Origin: an archaeon
Lineage (GTDB): Archaea; SpSt-1190; DYHY01
NCBI GenBank assembly: GCA_043803745.1
Contig: JAZDJS010000002.1
Location: forward strand, 1-64,000
DNA length: 64,000 bases
Direction: 5' to 3'
Shown here: piece after piece, positions 24,601-32,919 of the stretch
Layout: every line of letters begins with the position of its first letter
How positions within the stretch are numbered: the first letter of the stretch is position 1
Notes under the pieces: model-generated
Told to the model about the DNA's origin: nothing
The model's database searches: none
Seen by the model: the letters and a program-made list of their open reading frames with translations, nothing else
Translations under genes and position numbers: made by a program

Positions 24601-26679
24601 GTTCGTTCCCTTCGCCGGTTCAACCCCGTCGTAAACCCCGTCCCCGTCAGTGTCAGGATTCAGCGGGTCGGTGTGTTGTGTGTTTATTTCATCCCAGTCT
24701 GAAATCAAATCACCGTCAGTGTCAGCGGAAGACGGGTTCGTCCCGTAGAGCTTCTTCTCATCAGAATCTGAAAACCCATCCCCGTCGCTGTGGTTCGATT
24801 TCGGGTTCGATGTTGTCCAGTAATTCTTCCCACCGACCAGGATGCTCCAGCCATAGACCTCGGCAAAGTCGGAAAGGCCGTCGTTGTCCCAGTCTGGATT
24901 CAGGGGATTCGTTCCGGCAGTCGTTTCCCCGATAGAGACTATTGTCCAATTCCCGAGCATTGTTATGCTCCCATCCCAGAGCCCGTCCCCGTCGGAATCC
25001 GGGTTCGTCGGGTCTGTTTCTCCGGCGTCAAGGAGTCCATTCATGTTCGCGTCCTCGAAGCTGTCTTGGCGCCCGTCATCATCAGTATCGAATTTGACCG
25101 GGGAAATCCGGTCAGTCCCGTTCCGGTATTCGATTGAATCCCCTATTCCGTCCCCATCCGAGTCGGAATCTTTTGCGTTTATCAGCCCGTCCGAATCGCA
25201 ATCGACATCGGGCCCGCAGTTGTCGGTGAACATCATTGATTCGTAATTCTCAGCCCCGTCCTTGACTCCGTCCCCATCAGTATCCGGATTGTTGAGAAGG
25301 GTTCCAATCGTGTATTCAGTTAGATCGGAAAGCCCGTCCCCGTCAGTGTCCGGGTTCGAGCCAAGCGTCCCTAGAATTGATTCGCCAATTGGGATTACCG
25401 TCCCATTTGCAAGCCTCCTGAACGTTCCGTCCCAGAGGCCGTCCCCGTCAGAATCGTTCGCAAGCGTCTTCTTCCCGTTTCCGAGCTCTTGGAGGTTCGT
25501 TACCCCGTCAAGGTCAAGGTCGCCGGAAGCGCCGTAATTTCCGACTGATGAGGTTGCGTCAAGCCCGTTCCAGATTTCCCATCCGTCCGGAAGCCCGTCC
25601 CCGTCAGTATCGGCTTTGTTCGGGTCGCTTTCCCCGCCATCTATTTTCCCGTTAAGGCCCCAGTCTTCCCCTTCCCAGATCTGGACAAGTCCATCAATCT
25701 CTGAAATATTCCAAGTCCAGGTGCGGTTCCGTTCATCATAGAACCATCCGTCAACCCATCCGTCCGGAAGCCCGTCGTTGTCCGAATCGAAATCGTTCTG
25801 GTTCGTCTTGGTTGCCGGGTCGACATCCCAGTAGCTTGAATTCGTGCTGTTGGCATATCCCATTTCAACTGCATCGACAAGCCCGTCCCCGTCGGAATCA
25901 AGCTCGTCAGTTCCATAGCCAGTCCTCTGATTCCCCTTGTACAAGCGGAAGGTAACGTCAGCCAGGTTCTGGTATGCGAAATACAGGTTGCTGTCAGTTG
26001 CGGAAATCACCGGGTTTATTGCCTTGTTCGATGTTGAAACGTTCCGCATATCCTCCCAGCGCCCGTCCGCAAAAGTCCGGTAGAAAATTCCCTTCTTGAG
26101 AACCTGCCAGACTGAATTTAGAGCAGTTCCCCCGGCAAGCTTTGGGTTCGTTGAATCAAACGATTCGTTCGAGATGATCCCCGCCGGGTAAATTCCCTTC
26201 ACAATCGCCTCAATGCTGAATACCGCGCCGTTCAGGAATTGCCAGGCTGCCGCTTTCGCAGTCCCGTAGATGGAGGAAACCGGATTCGCAGCGTTTTCCT
26301 TCAGCAGGCTCCCGCTAGTCTGGTCGTCCAGATTTTGGGTCAGGCTTTTCTCGAAAACGTTCGTTCCCTCCTGCCAGGTAAGCTCGACTGTCCCGTTGTC
26401 CGAAATGTAAAAGGAAGGCGAAACTGAGTCAGCCGGGCCGTTTGTGATTTGCGTTTCCCCGTTGAAAGTAACTGCCGCAAGTGAAGGGGTTATTAGCAAC
26501 AATAGGAGAAGGAAAAAAATCAATCCTACTCCAAAGTGGTTTAATTTTGCCAATTTTCCCCAATCAGGGCTCGAGGGCGGTTTTTCATTTAAATCATTTA
26601 CCAGTTTTAGCCCGTTCGAAGCGAAAAAAGGGCCATTTTTCCATAAGATTCCCTTCCAAGCAAAACCGGCAAATGACAT
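18658..26679 (-). CDS. Giant secreted protein (2673 aa) with about 30 D-x-D-x-D-G Ca-binding repeats, a WD40-like propeller and a hydrophobic helical C-terminal domain
   Basis: Uninterrupted 8-kb ORF. Signal peptide ...LLLLLITPSLAA, DTDGDGL-type repeats, and WNPSG/WSPSG/WHPSG blades. Confidence 0.9.
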   Translation of the reverse strand: MSFAGFAWKGILWKNGPFFASNGLKLVNDLNEKPPSSPDWGKLAKLNHFGVGLIFFLLLLLLITPSLAAVTFNGETQITNGPADSVSPSFYISDNGTVELTWQEGTNVFEKSLTQNLDDQTSGSLLKENAANPVSSIYGTAKAAAWQFLNGAVFSIEAIVKGIYPAGIISNESFDSTNPKLAGGTALNSVWQVLKKGIFYRTFADGRWEDMRNVSTSNKAINPVISATDSNLYFAYQNLADVTFRLYKGNQRTGYGTDELDSDGDGLVDAVEMGYANSTNSSYWDVDPATKTNQNDFDSDNDGLPDGWVDGWFYDERNRTWTWNISEIDGLVQIWEGEDWGLNGKIDGGESDPNKADTDGDGLPDGWEIWNGLDATSSVGNYGASGDLDLDGVTNLQELGNGKKTLANDSDGDGLWDGTFRRLANGTVIPIGESILGTLGSNPDTDGDGLSDLTEYTIGTLLNNPDTDGDGVKDGAENYESMMFTDNCGPDVDCDSDGLINAKDSDSDGDGIGDSIEYRNGTDRISPVKFDTDDDGRQDSFEDANMNGLLDAGETDPTNPDSDGDGLWDGSITMLGNWTIVSIGETTAGTNPLNPDWDNDGLSDFAEVYGWSILVGGKNYWTTSNPKSNHSDGDGFSDSDEKKLYGTNPSSADTDGDLISDWDEINTQHTDPLNPDTDGDGVYDGVEPAKGTNMTNPDTDGDGLPDSEGDWIEFRTDADDVNGGRIIREELLSGSAYRLAYRVSSIINVTSYSSGFSYTNQTNNPVYPPSPGQYWWIKQGMNGLVVLGTNLTAQESVTVYYYSAFMGGSYSWGFTGPGTNFSIYEMDYPYYVTVRSPANITAVLTETSGTPGNGQYRREVRKDNSTELFTNTSGSERLVVYYYGASDIDYSAPENDNSWIAVDIGASISKNLVPFGRIKGLALTDTQIGTFSNYVGVATSPEGYEAAYAKQPVLNGIIKYSSLNHIMEKVAWNPSGEYAIGLEHIDDIFCWVGDGYLVYPDNRLESLTIPGSYCIKGAAWSPSGDRAILVGNVGTVLKYNATTKNVSIVSSGVTANLSSVEFPSYGDVAVIVGDGKILRYDAASGIVSDITRPSGLGGPGYSYTDVSYIDNVYVLITTSTGKAFVFQYNAGFESWQFNLTLSPAPTKITSADWKRSTDSRNNKQIDAGLMLGTAAGNEKYLYKCYWNGTCLSYKIPCIWSCLGDAKDVEWNPRTGEALIVTDDDGPNSNGKAIIFDSAENNFTSKIPSTSSRLFGISWHPSGDYAFVAARAYNALGTSTHSIFSYIPPYVAMDVPGDKNPVYGSPTTFSLASDAYYAETGHGTVPAYNSAGKETGNLLMVSDPLKKDSLNDGLSDGARVALGYNDADHNGIPNFLDKDADGDGILNGEEASFDKDADGDKLLNVFDTDSDNDTSTDWTEARVVFRTNAAYNSTTGTFNYWAAGTGIAVQRSLTNSSAALIGYVLAIPNANLTAAQLPLNYTLLGRNVQVDTPEGYPVYDNGTHILVRTGGNNYTVFRTGTFADLSANPISAYASNHKETYNMDLALTNPSNADTDKDGLLDKFEDVDNDGIVDAGETDRNAADTDGDGIIDGTERNWNQTTDDYDDFKNALDVDSDNDGLPDGWKDGWCFNSTKPGASGSIAGWGVWCATDGLMQAWEGENFARDGAPYWNTKYLSNGTVIAQSETNPLNFDSDSDGVWDGEEVAIYGTNPVGGKDSDNDGIWDKDELKGWFLADSAELGDYAPTIGDVLTYWNGFRDVKGVKLYGATSVNVTLTLNFGGMYRLNLTGLDTEGSIYFNISDGNGTTIAGNTYLVPEHRTFYEGYLPGGVYDITIGPNVPGFDYVEVHRILAYKQGLNYSNTDTDSDGIKDGAEEGWGRWIFTNREFPEEELSYSSPLDADSDDDGISDGEELAKGTNPIRSDSDGDGIIDTYDLLPNANLETSYPWSDVFRPGTLYYESKQYLWFLDGHSHRIDCGDWGLTSCNRNEVVELGENGVRNSPTDLASRTNTIEEGVNYGLDSWIYRVENTTDGVVFYEGGDRHYSISYTRDYFYYSNLDPYPTYKISYDLTGRAYTVMLGNGRDAYMVEGKGWVPTYEAASIGDPEMKYWYAEAPIKLEPGKNQHVTLQISVDPALDKSVSNDSENYLVPAIDYALYDGEFSWGTGVMSGISIGRTLEYVTTRHSYEFTINLPKEKIEKPGYVIYLSPIYINVTGGKISRIPMNARNIKAGALAKTTDDYSFSLVTNLSANVSAINSALPANIQTYPTGNATVGPYKLFVYNGAPENVTQFFNSTSLGGYSGVVLIGSSEADVSFTASSLNWSAVSPKWEFYYNDSLNNSLPSRNSIKETRRTTRFYSSFGALDMEPFAAASTTSNETFVTITKNNQTKYSVTRNDAKKTSTPDLETTIVRAITVTINDISTSEFLTDPRFNSIKAEITKFAPGTVATVTNAESIIVSSLITGNYKQVIIYKIANYLYDHKSAIADFGKFGWKMRTIKNTLQGASGGKVSFGIFQRSFLPPNVPGKFVHVGVTDAVMLGLDVAKMGYQIYTARTTEDPIMKKAAYEDVAATGIGIGFSVASIAFPPAAVIIPTWYATYYAIWAPLKLLNHYDIIDVEQGPFDHLAAGPEGIVFIFEFNTGIIPSAMSLDALKTAYADTDVYQERWFLPSQVVPAE

Positions 26680-26720
26680 TCCAAAAAAACTTTTATAAGA
26701 AAGTTCAGGTGCTCCCTGCC

Positions 26721-27344
26721 ATGGGGTGCCGCATCCTTGTTGTGGGCGCGGGCAGCGATAGTGTTACGCTGAATTTTCTGGCTGGAAGCGAACCCGACCC
26801 CGCCGAAGCTGAAAAAGCCCAGATAAACGCATACCGGGAATTCATTGGGCGCAATCCGCCGTTTGACGAGGTTGCTGCAATAGATTCCTATCGACGCAGC
26901 ATCGAAAAGCTGAGAGAAAAAGGAATCGACCCGAAAGTGCAGTCGATTCTTGCAAGGGTGCCAACGGAATTTCTCCGTGAGCGGGAGGAAGCTGATGATA
27001 ACTGGGACGCGCTTGTTTCAGGAACGCCGTTTGACGTTGTATTCGTCCCGCACGTCGTTGGATATTACACCGGAGCCGTCCGCTCATACCTACAGGCAAG
27101 GTCGCTGCTCAGGAACGCCGCCCGCTGCTGTAGGGACGGAGGTTCCCTGATAGCACTTGACTGCGACAAGGATTTCAGGCTTCCGTCCGGGGGAAGCCCC
27201 TCAGGTCCGCGGGAATACAAGCTAGGCTCCCTCCGGGAAACATATGAATTCCTCTGTCCGTCCGGCTTTTTCATCGAATCAATTAGGGATGGAAGTTCCG
27301 AATCAGTCCCGACCGATGTCGTCCTTTACAGGAAAGTCGCCTGA
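26721..27344 (+). CDS. Divergent class I SAM-methyltransferase-fold protein
   Basis: ILVVGAGS, AAIDS, FDVVF..HVV and LLRNAARCCRDGGSLIALD. The ATG at 26721 follows a TTTATA box. Confidence 0.6.
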   Translation: MGCRILVVGAGSDSVTLNFLAGSEPDPAEAEKAQINAYREFIGRNPPFDEVAAIDSYRRSIEKLREKGIDPKVQSILARVPTEFLREREEADDNWDALVSGTPFDVVFVPHVVGYYTGAVRSYLQARSLLRNAARCCRDGGSLIALDCDKDFRLPSGGSPSGPREYKLGSLRETYEFLCPSGFFIESIRDGSSESVPTDVVLYRKVA

Positions 27345-27446
27345 AACGGAGGGGGGCGGGAAATCCGAACTTTCCGGGATTCCGCCGAAGGAAGAAGCGC
27401 GCCCGCGGACGGTGAATGTTAAATATGCCGCGCGCCCCCGAGCATT

Positions 27447-28115
27447 ATGGGAGAAACCTCGAAAAGAGCACAGCAGTATTTTCCTGAGAGAAACGAGCCC
27501 CCTGAGCTCAGTCCGGAAAGCAGGAAGGACCCACTTAACAAGGCTCTTGCTGTAGCGGGGAAGCTTCGGGAAAAGATAGTTGCCCAAGCGAACTTTTCCG
27601 AGCCCTTCGAAGCGGCGGGCTTTCATGAGATAGGCAAGCTGGATTACTCTCCCGAATATGAGAAAATGGACGGCAAATTGAGGACCGCCCTGGGCTTTCC
27701 GAAAGAACTCACTTCCCCAGCAGAACTTGTTGCAAAGGCGGATTTGGAAACGCCAGCGATAGGACCCGTCACGGCATACCTAGAGTTCATTGCGGAGCAC
27801 ACGAAACGAACGGTTGACCACATCTGTAGGGCAGTTCATGCTTCCGGGCGAGAAGTTTCCAAAGGGCTTCTCGGGGGGCTTGCGGAAAAATCCCCAAAGT
27901 TCAAGGAAGTTTACAATTCAGTGAACGGCTTTGCGGGCAGGGGCAAGGAGATACTTGAAGGCGCTGCCGAAGCAATTGAGGAACTCGGAAAAAGGCCTTA
28001 TTCGGAATATGAACGCCCCGAGGGGAAGGAGATACCCGGCATAGAAGCAGCCCAGAAAAAGCTCCGGGAAGGCCTTGCAGAGGCGTTTCAGCCGGAAATA
28101 CCCGAAACCAGCTGA
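27447..28115 (+). CDS. Hypothetical helical protein (222 aa)
   Basis: ATG about 25 bp after TTAAATAT, with Glu/Lys-rich protein-like composition. Confidence 0.7.
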   Translation: MGETSKRAQQYFPERNEPPELSPESRKDPLNKALAVAGKLREKIVAQANFSEPFEAAGFHEIGKLDYSPEYEKMDGKLRTALGFPKELTSPAELVAKADLETPAIGPVTAYLEFIAEHTKRTVDHICRAVHASGREVSKGLLGGLAEKSPKFKEVYNSVNGFAGRGKEILEGAAEAIEELGKRPYSEYERPEGKEIPGIEAAQKKLREGLAEAFQPEIPETS

Positions 28116-28127
28116 AGCGAAAACCTG

Positions 28128-28648
28128 TTGCCCATTTCCTCTTCGGCCTAGGCCTTTTCTCCGCAATCAAGGTTTCCGGGCTTTCGTTCTGGTTCTACAA
28201 GGGGATAGGGTTCCTGGCAATCCTCATCGGCCTCGCCAACCTGAAGGACTTTTTCTGGTATGGCGGGGGCGGGTTCGTAATGGAGATACCCAGAAACTGG
28301 AGGCCTGCCCTGAAGAAGCTGCTCTCCAGGGTGACTTCCCCCTTCGGCGCCTTTTTGATGGGGTTTGTCGTCTGCCTTTTCGAGCTTCCTTGCACCGGCG
28401 GGCCTTACATCTTCATACTCGGGCTCCTTGCGGAGAAGGCAACTTTCGTCTCAACCTTCCCGGTTCTTGCGATATACAACATCTTTTTCGTCCTGCCCTT
28501 GCTCCTGATAACCTTCGGGATATACCTTGGATTCTCCCAAGTCGAGACTGCGGCCGAGTGGAAGGAGAAAAACCTCCGGAACCTTCACCTTGTCGCAGGG
28601 ATAGTGATGCTGCTCCTGGGACTTGGGGTCGTCCTCGGGCTGATTTGA
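28128..28648 (+). pseudogene. 5'-truncated duplicate of the CcdA-like gene (copy of 10764-11284)
   Basis: 521-bp collinear copy with mostly synonymous differences. It lacks the thioredoxin domain and the first Cys motif (DSINPC). Confidence 0.85.
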
Positions 28649-28793
28649 ACCGGGCGCCCTCGAGAATTCCAGCCCCCGGAATCGCGGCCGGGAATTCTTT
28701 CCGAGAGGATTTTTATAAACTCCCGCCGGCAGGGGTCCGCAAATGGAGGAAATTGCAAAGCCCGCGGCCGGGAACCGGGCGAAGGCCCGCCGG

Positions 28794-29346
28794 ATGAAAG
28801 TCGCCTTCGTCAGCTACTACTACGAACCTCCGCCCGTCCGGCGTCGGCATCCATGTCAGGAATCTTGCGCGAGCCCTTGCCGCGAGGGACTGTGAGGTTC
28901 ACGTTTTCTGCGGCAGTTCCGGACATGGCAGCTACCGGGAGGGCGGCGTAACTGTCCATAAAATAAAGAGCAGGCGCCCGAACGTCAGGGGGGAGTTCTC
29001 GCAGATGTGGCTCGAATATTACCTGTTCGAGTCCGAGGTTGTGCGCGCGCTAATAGGCGAGAACGCGAAAAGGCCGTTCGACATACTTCACACCCACGGT
29101 TTCCTGACCGGCGCCGCATTCATCGTGAGGACCGCATGCGGGACGAAATGGATACACACCTTCCACGCGGTGGAACGCTCCCGCGTCAGGAAGCTTTCAA
29201 GGGAGGAGGAATCGTTCACTAGCCTCATCTCCTGGCTGGAAGACACGGTCAGGCATCTTCCGGTCGAACCCGGCGGACCTGTCGTTCAATCAACGTGTCC
29301 GAACTGGGCTGAAGAACGAACCCCTATTGCCCCTCGGCCGCATTGA
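28794..29346 (+). pseudogene. Frameshifted, truncated family-4 glycosyltransferase (N-terminal domain only)
   Basis: MKVAFVSYYYEPP, then a frameshift near 28845, then SGVGIHVRNLARALAARDCEVHVF...FDILHTHG...WIHTFH. No C-terminal nucleotide-sugar domain. Confidence 0.75.
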
Positions 29347-29713
29347 ACAGGAAGGGCTTTCCGAAGGCCTCCCAGGAAAGCTCATCCGTCCCAAGGAAGA
29401 TTTCAAGGATTTTTTCCGGAAGCGCGGCTTGCGGAATGATGCGTGTCTTCTGCCCCCTGGGATACCTTTCTCCGTTTTCAGTGACCTTGAAAAAGTCATA
29501 TTTGATTTTTTCATCATCCGGAGAGATTTCCGGAGCATATTTTGCGGAACATTTGGGGTCAACCAGGGCGTTTTTCAGGGGACCCGTCTCATATCCATGT
29601 TCCGAGACGGTCCTAGTCACGGGGGGCTCCTGAAGAAGAACGGTCTTGTAATATGTCGTTACGTTCTTCTGTGCGGAATATCTCTGAGCAAGCCCCGAAT
29701 TAAAACTCCCCAT
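29324..29713 (-). CDS. Hypothetical protein (129 aa)
   Basis: ATG start and protein-like composition. No motif recognised. Confidence 0.5.
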   Translation of the reverse strand: MGSFNSGLAQRYSAQKNVTTYYKTVLLQEPPVTRTVSEHGYETGPLKNALVDPKCSAKYAPEISPDDEKIKYDFFKVTENGERYPRGQKTRIIPQAALPEKILEIFLGTDELSWEAFGKPFLFNAAEGQ

Positions 29714-29766
29714 GATTGACTGGGACGGCGCGCCCCCTTATTTCTTTTTCCCTTTTCACGGGGTAA

Positions 29767-30993
29767 TTAGGCAGAAAACGCTCGCTTTTCGGGTTTTTCG
29801 GAGGTTTTCCCCCTCTTTCCCCTGAATGCGAAGCTTCCGGCGGTCGAGATTACGTTGGTCGCAAGTATTGTCAGAAAGACCAGCTCCGGGAGATTCGGCA
29901 TGGAAATGCCGTTCTCCATCGGAAGATATGCGAGGACTGCCGCGGCAAGGCCCCTCGGCATCATTGAGACGACTGCCGAAGCATTGGCCCAGAGCCGTTT
30001 TTCCACAAAGCCGACTACCCTGGTCGCCAGGCCCCTGGCGGCGATTATTGTCGCAAGTATCGCGCTTCCCATCAGGAGGACGCCGAAGCCGATTGACCTG
30101 ATGTTGAATATGAGTCCGAGGTAGACGAAGAAGAATGTCCTGACGAAGAAGGTCACCTCCGATTGGAACGACTTGAAGTTTTCGCCAAGGCGCAGGTCCG
30201 TCTTCATCCCCAGGCGTTTGGTTATGTATTCGATGTTCCCGAGTATCAGGCCGAAAACTAGGACGGCTATTGCCCCGCTCCCCCCGCTTGCTTCAACCAG
30301 GGGATAGAGGATGAAAAGGGTAGCAATCGTCAGCATGTATCCGAACGGCTTTCCGCGCATTTTCCTGAGCAGCAGCATCCACAGGCCGGCGACAATGAGT
30401 CCCATCACGCAGGCGACGGCGAAGGCCGCCGCGAAGGTCTTGAGCGTCGGCCCGAAAGAAACTTCTCCGGAGCCGATTATTTTCAGGACGGTCATTGCGG
30501 TGATTATGCACATCGCGTCCGTTAGCGCCGACTTCAGGCTCAGGACGATCTTGACCCGCTCATCAAGGTTCAGCTTCGGGATTGTCGATATGACTATCGG
30601 CGAGCTGGTGCCGCCGACTATCGCGCCGAGGAGGATTCCGCCAAGTAGGGTCCAGCCGAACGCGACATGCATCAGGAAGCCGACTCCCGCGACCGTGAGG
30701 GAAAAAACCAGCAAAGTGAAAAAGGCCGTCAGGGGGAACGCCCCGAGGACATTCAGTATTTTCAGGTTCAGCCCGCCGTCGAAGAGGATTATTATGAGAG
30801 CAAGGGTTCCCACCAGCGGAGCGAACTTTGCGATTGTCGAGCCTTCGGTCGCCTTCATGAAACCGAAAACCGGACCCAGAAGGATTCCCGCGCCCATCAG
30901 TATGAGGGTGTCGGGTATCTTGGTTTTCTCGAAAAAAAGGCTGCTGAGGAAACCGAGGACTATTATCAAGCCTATTGCCAGTAATTCAATCAT
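29767..30993 (-). CDS. CPA1/NhaP-type cation:proton antiporter
   Basis: About 12-13 TM helices, with IILFDGG, GGTSSPIV, FFVRTFFFVYLG and MMPRGLAAAVLA. Confidence 0.9.
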   Translation of the reverse strand: MIELLAIGLIIVLGFLSSLFFEKTKIPDTLILMGAGILLGPVFGFMKATEGSTIAKFAPLVGTLALIIILFDGGLNLKILNVLGAFPLTAFFTLLVFSLTVAGVGFLMHVAFGWTLLGGILLGAIVGGTSSPIVISTIPKLNLDERVKIVLSLKSALTDAMCIITAMTVLKIIGSGEVSFGPTLKTFAAAFAVACVMGLIVAGLWMLLLRKMRGKPFGYMLTIATLFILYPLVEASGGSGAIAVLVFGLILGNIEYITKRLGMKTDLRLGENFKSFQSEVTFFVRTFFFVYLGLIFNIRSIGFGVLLMGSAILATIIAARGLATRVVGFVEKRLWANASAVVSMMPRGLAAAVLAYLPMENGISMPNLPELVFLTILATNVISTAGSFAFRGKRGKTSEKPEKRAFSA

Positions 30994-31139
30994 TTTCCCG
31001 AAGCCACTTGTCCCTACTAAAATAGCTTTCTTTTGGCAGGGATCAGGCGCCCGTAAAGCGGAAAAAAGGCGGGACTGCCGGGTTTCTCCCGGGCGGGAAA
31101 AGGCAAGATATTAAAGAGCCGTCAGGGGTCAGGCTCCGA

Positions 31140-32699
31140 ATGGCGGAAGCCCTAGTCTCTTTCATCCCAACCCTGCTCGAGCTGCTGATAATAGCCGCCA
31201 TTGTCTCCGTTTTCACGCAAAAATACGCCAAGCTACCTTACACGGTCGCCCTCCTTCTGACGGGGCTGCTGGCTGCCGCAATGGGACTTGTCCCGAGAAT
31301 CCTGCTGGAAAAGGACCTGCTTTTCGCACTTTTCCTCCCGCCGCTCATTTTCGAGGCAACCTTGAACACGAGCCTCTCGCATTTCAAGGAGAACTTCCGG
31401 CCAATCCTGATATATTCGGTTTTCGGGGTCTTTCTCTCGTCATTTATTGTCGGCTTTCTGGTTCACAAGATTTTGGGGGTTCCGCTTTTCGCGGCAATGA
31501 TTTTCGGCTCCCTGATATCGGCGACAGACCCGGTCGCGGTAATCTCCCTGTTCAAGCAGGTGCGCGTCCCGCAGAGGCTTTCGGTGATAATGGAAGGGGA
31601 GAGCATACTGAACGACGGGACATCGATAGTCATCTTCACCCTCTTCTTGGCGATAATGAAGACCGGGGAATTCAGCTTTCTTGGGTCGGTGTTTTCGTTC
31701 TTCAAGGTGACTTTGGGGGGTGTCGCGGTTGGCGTGGCAATAGGCTATCTTGCCTCGGAGATTTTCAAGAGGACGGACGACCATCTAATCGAAACCGTGC
31801 TGTCGGTCATACTTGCATACGGCTCTTTTTTCGTTGCGGAGACCCTCGGGTTTTCCGGGATTGTCGCGGTCGCCCTAACGGGTCTTTTGGTCGGAAACCC
31901 GAAAGGAGAATATCATTTCTCCCCCCAGACGAAGACATTCCTCCTGCCTTTCTGGGAATTCCTTGCGTTCATCATAAATTCCCTGATTTTCCTGATAATA
32001 GGCGGGAACATAAATTTCTCCCTTTTCGCCGAAAGGGCCTGGTTGATTCTCGTGACAATCGGGGTCGTCGTTTTGGCGAGAGCCGCCGTAGTATACGGTC
32101 TGGGAAACGCCCTGAACACGAGAAAACCAGAGGGAGCAATCCCATTTTCGTGGCAGCACGTTATTTTCTGGGGAGGCCTTCGCGGGGCAATACCCCTGGC
32201 TCTTGTCCTCTCCCTTCCGGACACTTTCGCATTCAAGGACCTTTTCTTCCATGTCACCCTGGGGGTGGTTTTCTTCACGATAGTTGTCTGTGGGACGACA
32301 ATCAAGCCACTGATAGATTTCCTCAGGATAGTGAAAAAATCCGAAATCAGGGAGCGCTACCTGAACGCGATGGCGGTTATTTCCGCCTCCGCAAGGGCGC
32401 TGCGCGCGGTAAGGAGAATGAAACTGCGCGGGGAGCTGCATGAGAAAACCTACAAAAGGGTGAATGCATATATCGAGAAGCGGAATGAGAAAGCCAAGGC
32501 GGAGTCGGACAGGTTGATCTCAGGCAACAGGGAGCTTTTGGATTATGAGGCGCGGCGCGGGATAAAGAAAGCGCTTGTTGAGCTGAAAAGCGGGCTCATG
32601 GACGCCAATAGGCAGGGGCTTCTGTCTGAAGGGGGCCTTGACCAGGAAATCTCCAGAATAGAGACTGAGCTTTCGAAAGCCCCCGGAAAGAAATCCTGA
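31140..32699 (+). CDS. CPA1 Na+/H+ antiporter
   Basis: FLPPLIFE, ISATDPVAV, EGESILNDG and WGGLRGAIPLAL. Confidence 0.93.
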   Translation: MAEALVSFIPTLLELLIIAAIVSVFTQKYAKLPYTVALLLTGLLAAAMGLVPRILLEKDLLFALFLPPLIFEATLNTSLSHFKENFRPILIYSVFGVFLSSFIVGFLVHKILGVPLFAAMIFGSLISATDPVAVISLFKQVRVPQRLSVIMEGESILNDGTSIVIFTLFLAIMKTGEFSFLGSVFSFFKVTLGGVAVGVAIGYLASEIFKRTDDHLIETVLSVILAYGSFFVAETLGFSGIVAVALTGLLVGNPKGEYHFSPQTKTFLLPFWEFLAFIINSLIFLIIGGNINFSLFAERAWLILVTIGVVVLARAAVVYGLGNALNTRKPEGAIPFSWQHVIFWGGLRGAIPLALVLSLPDTFAFKDLFFHVTLGVVFFTIVVCGTTIKPLIDFLRIVKKSEIRERYLNAMAVISASARALRAVRRMKLRGELHEKTYKRVNAYIEKRNEKAKAESDRLISGNRELLDYEARRGIKKALVELKSGLMDANRQGLLSEGGLDQEISRIETELSKAPGKKS

Positions 32700-32919
32700 G
32701 TATGTGGATTCGTTGGGCGGGGCGAAGGTTTCCTCAACGGATTTGCGCAGCTTCCTGGGGGAGGCCGTCAGTTCCAGGGAAAATATCCGGGATTTTCAAT
32801 CCCAAAAAAGTCGGGAGGAAGACAGGAAAGGCGGAATCTACGTTTTCACTGAAAGGCCCGAAAATGGCTAATAAAGAATTTCATCAGTTTTCCGGATATT
32901 CCCGCGTCCTCTGCGTCGT

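Noticed and set aside
20880-25900. Recurrent DNA motif cccgtccccgtc(a/g)g as a CRISPR-like array
   Set aside because: The spacing is irregular and the copies are in frame. They encode the D-x-D-G-D-G calcium-binding repeats.
10764-28648. CcdA duplicate or the 75-bp direct repeat as a diversity-generating retroelement TR/VR pair
   Set aside because: The mismatches are not adenine-specific (many C/T third-position changes, and indels in the short repeat), and there is no reverse transcriptase in the window.
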